DNA from: Cyanobacteriota bacterium
Lineage (GTDB): Bacteria > Cyanobacteriota > Cyanobacteriia > Cyanobacteriales > Nostocaceae
NCBI GenBank assembly: GCA_046045965.1
Contig: JBJOKS010000011.1
Location: 64,001-128,000, forward strand
Reading direction: 5' to 3'
Length of the DNA stretch: 64,000 bases
The position numbers were made by a program, and so were the translations under genes. The first letter of the stretch is position 1. Each line of letters starts with the position of its first letter. Of the stretch, positions 55,352-64,000 are shown piece by piece. The notes beneath the pieces are model-generated. The model made no database searches. It was not told the origin of the DNA and saw only the letters and a program-made list of their open reading frames with translations.

Positions 55352-56788
55352 CTAACCACCACCAAAAACTTCTACATTTGCAAATACACAAACAGGTGAA
55401 CCATGTCCTACCCAAATAGTTTGGTTTGGTTCTCCTTTACCGCAGAATGGTGTACCATACATTTGCCAGTTAGAATCATTTCCTACCTTAATTAAACTAT
55501 GCCAAAATTCGGGCGTAGTAGCTCTATAATTAGGATTACGCAAGGTTTTAGTAAGTTTACCGTTTTCAATTAACTTCGCATATTCACAACCAAATTGAAA
55601 TTTATGTCTTCTATCATCAATTGACCAAGAACGGTTAGACTCCATGTAAACACCATGTTCTATATCTGCTATCATTTCTGGAAAATTGGCGTTTCCTGGT
55701 TCTAAATTTAGGTTAGCCATTCTATCAATTGGTGGACGATTCCAAGAAGTAGCACGCGCACAAGCTACACCCGGTAAACCTGAGCGAGTTTGACTTTCTA
55801 AACTGCCTAAACCTCTTTGTAAAATGCCATCTTTAATGATATATTCTCTGGTGGCTTTTGTACCAGTATCATCAAAATTATAACTAGCAAATTCACCTTC
55901 AACTGTAGGATCAAAAGTAATATTCATTAAAGGTGAACCATATTGTAATTTACCAAAATCTTCGGGTTTCACAAAACTACCACCTGCGTAGTTGCGCTCA
56001 TCTCCTAAAATGCGATCAATCTCTAAAGGATGTCCTACACTTTCATGAATTTGCAGCATCATTTGATCTGGTGCTAAAACTAAATTAGTGCGTGTATCTG
56101 GACATTCTTCTGCTGTTAATAATTCTAATCCTTGTTCGGCAATTTGTTGGACTCGATGCCATAAGTTATCTTGTTTTAATACTTCCCATCCACCTTGATA
56201 ACAATTAGCGTGTATTCCGTTATTACTACGTTGTTGTACAACATTACCATCTTGGGCTATAACACCAAAATGATTGCCTAAAGAAATGATTTTTTGATAA
56301 ACTTCTGAACCGTTACTACTAACAAACCAAGTTTCTTTTTCGCTAGTGTCAATATTGGCTATAGTTTGAACAATTTTATCGCTAATTTTTAAGCTGTGAC
56401 AAATTCTAATTAATAAATCATTTATTTCTCCTGGACTAATAGCGTCTAATGGTTCAAAGAAAGGTGAGTTATATTCACCGACGACTTTAGGACGGGTATT
56501 TTCACTAAAGGGATAAATCCAAAATTCACTTGCTGCAATTGCTTGTTTATAAGCTATTTCTGCCGCATTTTGCAATGATGATAATGTTAAGGAGTTGGTA
56601 GCAGCATAACCGATACTGCCATTTACCATCACTTCTATCATTGCTCCCATTGTCAATGATTTACCGTTACTTTGGGGTAAACCATCTCTGACAAAATGAG
56701 TTCTGGTTGTTTCTTTGACGGCGCGGATACCGATCCAATCAGCAGGAATGTTAAAATTAGATATGGCGGTTGTTAGTTCTTTCCACAT
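55352..56788 (-). CDS. tldD: TldD family metalloprotease subunit
   Basis: IHESVGHPLE (HExxGH), PPIDRMAN, CGKGEP. Confidence 0.9.
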   Translation of the reverse strand: MWKELTTAISNFNIPADWIGIRAVKETTRTHFVRDGLPQSNGKSLTMGAMIEVMVNGSIGYAATNSLTLSSLQNAAEIAYKQAIAASEFWIYPFSENTRPKVVGEYNSPFFEPLDAISPGEINDLLIRICHSLKISDKIVQTIANIDTSEKETWFVSSNGSEVYQKIISLGNHFGVIAQDGNVVQQRSNNGIHANCYQGGWEVLKQDNLWHRVQQIAEQGLELLTAEECPDTRTNLVLAPDQMMLQIHESVGHPLEIDRILGDERNYAGGSFVKPEDFGKLQYGSPLMNITFDPTVEGEFASYNFDDTGTKATREYIIKDGILQRGLGSLESQTRSGLPGVACARATSWNRPPIDRMANLNLEPGNANFPEMIADIEHGVYMESNRSWSIDDRRHKFQFGCEYAKLIENGKLTKTLRNPNYRATTPEFWHSLIKVGNDSNWQMYGTPFCGKGEPNQTIWVGHGSPVCVFANVEVFGGG

Positions 56789-56927
56789 AGATTCAATTAA
56801 AAATTAAAAATTGTTTTTTATCTCACGCAGAGGCGCAGAGGCGCAGAGAATAGTAGTAATATAACGCACCAATTTTTTTAATGAAGGTGCGTTACGGATT
56901 TTACTTACCTTAACTCATTCTACAATG

Positions 56928-58400
56928 CTACAATTTTATAGGTTTAATTACAGGATGCCATAAAGTTCCATCTTTTGTATCAGTTAATGCAATACCTTTT
57001 GCTAAAAGTTCATCACGAATGCGATCACTTTCTGCAAAGTTTTTAGATTTTCTTGCCTCCTGTCTTTTCTGAATTAATTCCTCAATTTCTGCGTCACTTA
57101 AACCATCAGTTGCAGGTTTTTCTTCTTCAAATGTGGCTGTTAAACCTAAAACATCTGCTAATGTTACTAAGGTTTGCCATTGTTTTAATAATTCATCAGC
57201 AGGAGTTTCTGTTTTTCCTTGATGAACAATGATATTTCCTTCTTTTCTGAGTTCTTTAGCTAATTCAAAAATGACCGCTAAACCACCAGGAAAGTTAAAA
57301 TCATCATCCACTGCGTTGGTAAATTTCTCAACTTCAGTTTTATCAATGTTGGCGTTATTTAATTCGATATTTTTCCAACCCAACTTTTCACCATGTTGAT
57401 GTCCAAAAAGTAATCCTTCCTTAATAGTATGCCAGCCATTTGTTGCTGCTAAAATTGCTTCATCTGTGAAATCAATGGGTTTACGATATTGTGCCATTAA
57501 CACAAATAATCTTAATGCCATTGGGTCAACTCCACGATCTAATAAATCGCGGATTGTGGTAAAATTGCCTAAAGATTTAGACATTTTTTCCCCATCAACT
57601 TTGACCATGCCATTGTGTAACCAATAGTTGGCTAAAGGTTTACCGGTTACTGCTTCTGATTGGGCAATTTCGTTTTCATGGTGTGGGAAAATTAAGTCAG
57701 CACCACCAGCATGAATATCTATCGTATCACCCAGGCGATCGCGTACCATTGCAGAACATTCTATGTGCCATCCGGGGCGGCCTTTTCCCCAAGGTGACTC
57801 CCACGCAGGTTCGCTAGGTTTTGCAGCTTTCCACAAAGCAAAATCAAAGGGATCTTTCTTTTTCTGATATTCTGGATCTTCTACATTTACCCTTTCGCTT
57901 GCACCTGCTTGTAAATCTTCTAATTTCCGTCCTGAAAGTTTACCGTATTGATCAAACTTTCGCACTGCATAATAAACATCACCATCCGCAGGGTAAGCAA
58001 AACCCTTGGTTTCTAAATCATGAATTAATCTTTGGATACCATTCATGGTATGTGTAGCACGGGGATATTCATCTGCTTCTTTTATCCCCAAACGCCCCAT
58101 ATCTTCAAAATATGCCTGAATATAGCGTTCTGATACCGCTTCCATTGTTGATTTTTCTTCCCGTGCGCGGTTGAGAATTTTATCATCAATATCCGTAAAA
58201 TTCTGGATATAACGCACGTCATAACCAATAAATTGTAAATAGCGACGCACTACATCCCAAACAATACACGCTCTAGCATGACCCAAATGGCAATAATCAT
58301 AAACCGTCACACCGCAATAATACATCTTTACCTTACCGGGTTCGACGGTTTTAAATTCTTCTTGACGACGGGTGAGAGTATTGTAAATAGATAGGGTCAT
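56928..58400 (-). CDS. cysS: Cysteine--tRNA ligase
   Basis: CGVTVYD, HLGH, GRPGWHIECS, KMSKS. Confidence 0.98.
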   Translation of the reverse strand: MTLSIYNTLTRRQEEFKTVEPGKVKMYYCGVTVYDYCHLGHARACIVWDVVRRYLQFIGYDVRYIQNFTDIDDKILNRAREEKSTMEAVSERYIQAYFEDMGRLGIKEADEYPRATHTMNGIQRLIHDLETKGFAYPADGDVYYAVRKFDQYGKLSGRKLEDLQAGASERVNVEDPEYQKKKDPFDFALWKAAKPSEPAWESPWGKGRPGWHIECSAMVRDRLGDTIDIHAGGADLIFPHHENEIAQSEAVTGKPLANYWLHNGMVKVDGEKMSKSLGNFTTIRDLLDRGVDPMALRLFVLMAQYRKPIDFTDEAILAATNGWHTIKEGLLFGHQHGEKLGWKNIELNNANIDKTEVEKFTNAVDDDFNFPGGLAVIFELAKELRKEGNIIVHQGKTETPADELLKQWQTLVTLADVLGLTATFEEEKPATDGLSDAEIEELIQKRQEARKSKNFAESDRIRDELLAKGIALTDTKDGTLWHPVIKPIKL

Positions 58401-58903
58401 AATATAAGGGATCAGGCAATCTAACGATTAGCAATGATAGCGTATGTGGTGAGTAACCGGATAGGGAAATGAAATTGAATTAAGAGCGACTTAAGAGCGA
58501 TCGCCCTTATCATCTATGATATCTGATGTAGTTCTATAGATAATTGCCAGTAATATCATGTAATATCTTCAGCCGAGTTTGGTAAATTATGATTCAATCT
58601 TTACCCAAAACTAAACCAGTAACTTTTCCACAGTTGGCGTAATTTAACCCTAGAACACAATGATTTAACTTTATATTTAGCTTTAGGTAGAATTTCTGAT
58701 ATGGCAAATCTTCAAAAACCAACTATTGCTATTGATAATTTAACCAATGCAAAAAACAATTTAAACAATTTCTAAATGATGCAAACAATGATTCAAAAAA
58801 TGATAAAATAACTATCTAACAAACGTTTCCTGATTGACAATTAACAGCTACTCGGATTTTTGCAAATCAAGCTAACATTCAAAATAGACTCAAATCCTAC
58901 TTC

Positions 58904-60025
58904 ATGACTATGACATCAGCAGTTAGTACCGAATCTCAAACGATGGAGGCGATCAAACAAGGATTGCCAGTAACAATTATCACTGGTTTTCTAGGCAGTG
59001 GTAAAACCACTTTACTCAATCATATTTTGACTAATCAGCAAGGTTTAAAAACCGCAGTTTTAGTTAATGAATTTGGTGAAATTGGCATTGATAATGAGTT
59101 AATTGTTGCCACTGATGATAACATGGTGGAACTCAGCAATGGTTGTATTTGTTGCACCATTAATAATGATTTAGTTGATGCTGTTTACCAAGTTTTAGAA
59201 AGAGAAGAAAAGATAGATTATCTAGTAGTTGAAACCACAGGATTAGCAGATCCTTTACCTGTAGCAATGACATTTTTGGGTTCAGAACTGCGAGATTTAA
59301 CCCGTCTAGATTCCATCATCACCGTAGTCGATGCAGCAAATTATAGCTTGGATTTATTTAATTCTCAAGCTGCATTTAGTCAAATTAATTATGGTGATGT
59401 AATTCTGCTCAATAAAGCAGATTTGGTTGATGAACCTAAATTAAAAGATTTAGAAAGGAAGATTAACGAAATTAAGGAAGGATCAAGAATTATTAGAACT
59501 ACAAATTCCCAAGTTCCACTTCCTTTGATCCTCAGTGTTGGTTTATTTGAATCTGACAAATATTTTGATTCAGACGAACACGAACATGATCACGATCATG
59601 ATCATTCTAACTGTGAACATGAACATCACAATCATGATCATTCTAACTGTGAACATGAACATCATGATCATGATCATCATCATCACCACCATTCTGATCA
59701 TTTAGAAAATGATGGTTTTGTCTCCATATCTTTTGAAAGTGATAAACCTTTTGCAATTAGAAAATTTCAATATTTCTTAGATAACCAACTACCCACAAAT
59801 GTCTTTCGTGCTAAAGGTATTATGTGGTTTGATGAAAGTCCCCAACGGCACATTTTTCACCTGTGCGGTAAACGCTTCACCATTGATGATGATCAGTGGA
59901 AAGGTGAAAAGAAAAATCAAATAGTTTTAATTGGTCAAAATTTGGACAAAGAAACTTTACTTAAACAATTAGAAAATTGTTTGTGTTTACCTTCTGTGAG
60001 TAAAGGTAAAGGGTTTGGAAAATAA
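58904..60025 (+). CDS. COG0523 (CobW/ZigA-like) metallochaperone GTPase with His-rich insert
   Basis: GFLGSGKTT, GCICC, ETTG, NKAD, His tract, CobW_C domain. Confidence 0.92.
   Translation: MTMTSAVSTESQTMEAIKQGLPVTIITGFLGSGKTTLLNHILTNQQGLKTAVLVNEFGEIGIDNELIVATDDNMVELSNGCICCTINNDLVDAVYQVLEREEKIDYLVVETTGLADPLPVAMTFLGSELRDLTRLDSIITVVDAANYSLDLFNSQAAFSQINYGDVILLNKADLVDEPKLKDLERKINEIKEGSRIIRTTNSQVPLPLILSVGLFESDKYFDSDEHEHDHDHDHSNCEHEHHNHDHSNCEHEHHDHDHHHHHHSDHLENDGFVSISFESDKPFAIRKFQYFLDNQLPTNVFRAKGIMWFDESPQRHIFHLCGKRFTIDDDQWKGEKKNQIVLIGQNLDKETLLKQLENCLCLPSVSKGKGFGK
59595..59664 (+). repeat. 36-bp-period in-frame duplication in the His-rich region
   Basis: ATCATGATCATTCTAACTGTGAACATGAACATCA at 59595 and 59631 (HDHSNCEHEH x2). 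Confidence 0.85.
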
Positions 60026-60115
60026 ATTAGGTAATTGGTAATTGGTAATGGGTAATTGGTAACAAACTTTTTATCCCATTATCCCATCTTCTTCTAAATT
60101 CTAAATTCTCCCAAT

Positions 60116-60568
60116 ATGCGCGTAATTGTTCAACGAGTTAAATCATCCCAAGTAACTGTAAATGGGGAAATTATCGGTAAAATTGGTAGAGGTTTAAATT
60201 TACTAGTTGGTATTTCTAACACTGATACTGAAAATGAAATAAATTGGATGGTCAGGAAATGTTTGGAATTAAGATTATTTCCTGACTTAGAAACTGGTAA
60301 ACCTTGGCAAAAATCTGTACAAGAAATTGATGGAGAATTATTAGTAATTAGTCAGTTTACCTTATATGGTGATTGTAAAAAAGGTCGTCGTCCATCTTTT
60401 GATCAGTCTGCTGCACCAAATTTAGCAGAGGAATTATATAACAGTTTTGTTTACAAATTAAAGGAAAGTGGTTTAACTGTAGAAACTGGTAAGTTTGGGG
60501 CAATGATGTTAGTAGATATTGAAAATGATGGGCCTGTGACTTTAATTTTAGAAAGAGAAAATGAGTAA
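60116..60568 (+). CDS. dtd: D-aminoacyl-tRNA deacylase
   Basis: [26 protein letters not shown]. Confidence 0.96.
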   Translation: MRVIVQRVKSSQVTVNGEIIGKIGRGLNLLVGISNTDTENEINWMVRKCLELRLFPDLETGKPWQKSVQEIDGELLVISQFTLYGDCKKGRRPSFDQSAAPNLAEELYNSFVYKLKESGLTVETGKFGAMMLVDIENDGPVTLILERENE

Positions 60569-60600
60569 AAGCTGCTTATAAATTTGAGATAGCTAATAAA

Positions 60601-60650
60601 ATAGGCGATCGCTATTAGTTCCAGTAACTAGCGATCGCCTGTATTTTTTT
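60601..60650 (+). terminator. Intrinsic terminator whose stem is two HIP1 sites
   Basis: AGGCGATCGCTA...TAGCGATCGCCT followed by a T-run. Confidence 0.65.
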
Positions 60651-60827
60651 GGCATATATTACATTTCCTGATTGAATATCTTTTTAAATATTAGTCATAT
60701 CAATAATGTTGGATGATAACTATCGGTATGACAATAATTATGTTTCGTAAAATACATGATATACATAACAACGGAGTGATAAACTGCCATTATATAGATA
60801 AAATATACCCTTTCACTTTTCCACTTT

Positions 60828-62234
60828 ATGGATTTGAACTTAGATCAGGCAATTAAAATTGCTAACCAAGCAGTTTTGACAAAATTTTATAGAAACTTAA
60901 CTGATGTTGAAATAATAGTAATTAAAGGAGCTTGGGAAAGAGAAGAATATCAGGAAATTGCAGCTAAAAGTAAATATGCTGCCAGTTATCTGAGCCAAGA
61001 TATTGCACCCCAACTTTGGAAATTACTGACAGAAGCTCTAGGCGAAAAAGTTAAAAAAAGTAATTTTAAAGAAGCACTAAAACGACATTGGGAAAAGCAA
61101 TGTTGGGATAGACAATTTACAGATGAATTTTTATTAAAAAAACCAGAATTAATTACTGTTAATAGCCTACAGCACAATACCAATTTGAAAGAAGCTAATA
61201 CTTCTCTATCTTTAACTCTAACTAAACTCAAATTACCAATTTCAGAATTATATCTAGAGCGTTTTGCCATTGAATTTCTCTGCTATAAAACTCTCTTGCA
61301 ACCTGGTTCTTTGATTCGGGTTAAAGCACCTAAACTGATGGGTAAAACTTCCCTGATGGAACGGGTATTAAATCAAATTTCAAAGCAAGGCTATCGCACA
61401 GTCAGTTTAAGTTTAGAAATGGCGGATAGGAAAAATCACTTCACTGATCTGAATAAATTATTGCGTTGGTTATGTCTCAATCTTAGCCGAGAACTTAACT
61501 TACCCAATCAGTTAGATGAATATTGGGATGAAGAAGGTATGGGTGCTAAGGTAAATTGTACAATTTATTTAGAAGCATATCTATTGGACGCAGATGATAG
61601 TCCTCTATTTTTATGCTTAGATGATGTTGACGTGCTTTTTGCTTATCCTGAAATTTATGAAGACTTTTTTGGGTTGTTGCGTTCTTGGCATGAAAAAGCT
61701 AGAAGCTGTGCCAACTGGCAAAAACTCCGGGTAGCGATCGCTTATCGGACTGATGTTTATATCCGGCGGAATATTCATCAATCGCCTTTTAATGTAGGAT
61801 TAACCATAGAATTACCAGAATTAACAAAAGAGGAAGTTCAGATATTGGCGCAACAATATGGATTAGCTGAAGATTCATCTATAGTAAATTCATTAATGGA
61901 AATGGTAGGTGGTCATCCTTATTTATTGCAACAGGCATTTATTCACCTGAAAAATTATCCTGATATTACCCTGGAAAATTTGTTAGCAGAAACCCCTACC
62001 GATGCAGGTATTTATCGTTATCATTTAAGAGAATTTTGGTTAAGTTTGCAACTGCAACCAAACCTGATCACGGCATTGGAAACGGTGATTAATTCTACTC
62101 AACCAGTGCGATTAGAAACAATCTCAGCTTATCAGTTGCATAGTCTGGGTTTAGTAAAACTTGTGGGTAATAAAGTAGAACCCCGTTGTCAATTGTATCG
62201 GAGTTATTTTAGTGATGTAATTGGTGGAAGTTAG
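60828..62234 (+). CDS. AAA_35 (STAND-like) ATPase with N-terminal HTH-like domain
   Basis: N-terminal LTDVEIIVIKGAW...PQLWKLLTEALGEKVKKSNF; Walker A APKLMGKTS, Walker B LCLDDVD, SPFNVG, GGHPYL. Confidence 0.85.
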   Translation: MDLNLDQAIKIANQAVLTKFYRNLTDVEIIVIKGAWEREEYQEIAAKSKYAASYLSQDIAPQLWKLLTEALGEKVKKSNFKEALKRHWEKQCWDRQFTDEFLLKKPELITVNSLQHNTNLKEANTSLSLTLTKLKLPISELYLERFAIEFLCYKTLLQPGSLIRVKAPKLMGKTSLMERVLNQISKQGYRTVSLSLEMADRKNHFTDLNKLLRWLCLNLSRELNLPNQLDEYWDEEGMGAKVNCTIYLEAYLLDADDSPLFLCLDDVDVLFAYPEIYEDFFGLLRSWHEKARSCANWQKLRVAIAYRTDVYIRRNIHQSPFNVGLTIELPELTKEEVQILAQQYGLAEDSSIVNSLMEMVGGHPYLLQQAFIHLKNYPDITLENLLAETPTDAGIYRYHLREFWLSLQLQPNLITALETVINSTQPVRLETISAYQLHSLGLVKLVGNKVEPRCQLYRSYFSDVIGGS

Positions 62235-62359
62235 GTAAATATCAATCACCTGAGTTTTAGAGGATGTTTTAAAAGTCTCTCATGATGTATCAAACATTTT
62301 CAGATCCCCCTATATCCCCCTTAAAAAGGGGGACTTTGACTCAAAAGATTTGTATTTTT

Positions 62360-63214
62360 CTACAAATTTTCTGTGTTCTCTTGTGCGGATAACCTAACAG
62401 ATTCTACGTTAACATTGAGTTTTTGAGCAATCTCTTCTACACTCATTCCTGTTTTTAGCAACAGGGGGACGGTAACTTTCAACATTTCCGCTTCCCGTTC
62501 TTCTCGACCTTGTTCTCGACCTTGTTCTCGACCTTGTTCTCGACCTTGTTCTCGACCCTCAGCTTTCGCTTCTTGGTAAATCCTTGTTTCCTCTAAAGTC
62601 ACTCCCAGCATAGCTTCTACTTCCTCCCTACTCAAAGATGAAAATTTGTAAACAGCAATCGTGGTGATAATATCTATGATTTCGTGTTTCGGCAGTGAGC
62701 CAGTTGACTCTAATTGTACCCGTTGAATTAGTAGACGCGCTTGCTCTGCCATGACTTTTTCTGAGGCGATGGTCAACTGCATTAAATTAATACCTATTGG
62801 TAGAGTATCAAAAGTTCCTAACTCATCCAGATAAATACACTGCACTTGGTCGCTGTTCAAAAACATTCGATGGGTTCTTGTATCCTTTGGTGATAAGCTA
62901 CGTGATGGAAAAATTATCACACAGTACCAATCATCGTATTGATACTGATTTCGGTACAAATACGTCAGTGACTCAGTAAAAAACCGATGATAGAGAGCTT
63001 CGTCCTTCTGAAATTGAACTTCGGCAAAAAAGATAACTCTGGGTGTTGCGCCTTCTGGTGGTAAAAAGACCCCATCAATCCTAAAGGCGGTTTCTTTCAC
63101 TTCAACTGACTCAAACCGATAATTTTGCACCTGTTCGGGACGGTTATCAACGAGTTCAAATATTAACGCTGGAAATCGCTTGAAAATTTGGTAATAAATG
63201 GAGTCACGTTTCAC
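62360..63214 (-). CDS. Rpn-like (DUF2887) PD-(D/E)XK nuclease family protein
   Basis: MKRDSIYYQIF, FESVEVKETAFRIDGVFLP, FAEVQFQKD; (GREQ)n tract and C-terminal HTH. Confidence 0.88.
   Translation of the reverse strand: MKRDSIYYQIFKRFPALIFELVDNRPEQVQNYRFESVEVKETAFRIDGVFLPPEGATPRVIFFAEVQFQKDEALYHRFFTESLTYLYRNQYQYDDWYCVIIFPSRSLSPKDTRTHRMFLNSDQVQCIYLDELGTFDTLPIGINLMQLTIASEKVMAEQARLLIQRVQLESTGSLPKHEIIDIITTIAVYKFSSLSREEVEAMLGVTLEETRIYQEAKAEGREQGREQGREQGREQGREEREAEMLKVTVPLLLKTGMSVEEIAQKLNVNVESVRLSAQENTENL
62501..62557 (-). repeat. 12-bp in-frame tandem repeat (GREQ, about 4.75 copies)
   Basis: TTCTCGACCTTG repeated in tandem. Confidence 0.9.
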
Positions 63215-63613
63215 TGATATATCGAAATAGGTGAATTATTTAAGTATTCATTTTATCAGTAACAGCAATACCTGATTGGGTGGAAATTTTCCTATAATTA
63301 GTGTAGCCCATATTTTATCAGCGATGTCTAAGGCGGTTTGTTCGGTGACGCACTTCAATTTTCCATGATTAAAGCGATCGCTATAAAGTGTTCATTTCAC
63401 TGCCGCAATCCTGTAAATAAATAAAATAATGTGAGATATAATTAATTTGTCATTCAATCAATCTATATTAACTTGGTAAGGATTCAGGATACAGAATACA
63501 GAATTAATGAGAGTTTTTGATTCATTGGTTTTTGACGAAAAAACTTGCTCCTGTAGATTCCTGCTACAAAAAATATTCTTCCTCCTGACTCCTGAATTCT
63601 TACTTAACTTGCT

Positions 63614-63856
63614 ATGGATTATTTAAACCTACGCACAAAAGTCATTACAGAAATAAATCTTGTCCCATCAGATAAATTAGAAGAATTATATAACTTTATT
63701 CATTATTTTCGATTAGGTATAGAAGTATCTCAACCTTCACTTAACAAAAGTATGCAGTTTGCTGGCTGTTGGAATGATATGACAGATATTGTCACAAATA
63801 ATATCAGAGATTTTGGAAAAATAGAAAACTTAGAAATTCAAGATTGGAGTAAGTAA
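63614..63856 (+). pseudogene. Collapsed toxin-antitoxin remnant: antitoxin-like N-terminus fused to the last 22 aa of a PIN/VapC toxin
   Basis: LEELYNFIHYFRLG...FAGCWNDMTD followed directly by IVTNNIRDFGKIENLEIQDW, a typical VapC C-terminus. Confidence 0.65.
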
Positions 63857-63900
63857 TATTACAATTTGCTACGCCTATTACTTATGATTGTAAATAAAAG

Positions 63901-63932
63901 GCGATCACCGAAGGTGGGCGTTCCGCCATCGC
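63901..63932. repeat. Small dispersed repeat inserted in a HIP1 site
   Basis: GCGAT-[CACCGAAGGTG GGCGTTCCGCC]-ATCGC: two mini-hairpins inside GCGATCGC with AT duplicated. Confidence 0.7.
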
Positions 63933-64000
63933 TCTCTGGGACAGGTAGGGGTGGTGCGTTACTTCGTTGACCTACCCTACAAGATCCTCTTACCTTTTCT

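Noticed and set aside
58795..58820. Possible Zur box upstream of the COG0523 gene (TGATAAAATAACTATCT)
   Set aside because: Spacing and right arm deviate from the TGATAATnATTATCA consensus; the region is very AT-rich.

Overview
Chromosomal window from a filamentous, probably heterocystous (Nostocales-like) cyanobacterium: AT-rich, many HIP1 octamers (GCGATCGC), heptameric STRR tandem repeats and MITE/SDR-type dispersed repeats in most intergenic regions. The left 16 kb is a surface/motility locus: an hps-like cluster (GT2, hpsJ-like, TIGR04282-like GT, three type IV prepilin-like genes, 1464-aa HpsA-like gene), then a second, divergent four-gene minor-pilin cassette and a PEP-CTERM gene, all on the minus strand. 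The middle is mostly housekeeping (rpmB, era, dxs, rpiA, fused pabA/B, rpaB, radA, rfbBACD with an atypical GT, rimP-nusA-ylxR-infB), with a second PEP-CTERM gene and a 483-aa membrane protein resembling a pore-less voltage-sensor domain. The right end has a tldD/pmbA pair split by two Uma2 genes and a 5'-truncated dynamin-like gene, cysS, a COG0523 GTPase, dtd, an HTH-AAA_35 ATPase, an Rpn/DUF2887 nuclease and a collapsed toxin-antitoxin remnant. No rRNA, tRNA, CRISPR array or intact transposase was recognised. Most interesting: tandem alternative minor-pilin cassettes next to a PEP-CTERM gene, sharing an upstream motif with a second PEP-CTERM gene and the rhamnose operon; the voltage-sensor-like protein; and a possible gene-within-gene in the Rpn nuclease. 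All family assignments come from motif recognition by eye, not database searches.
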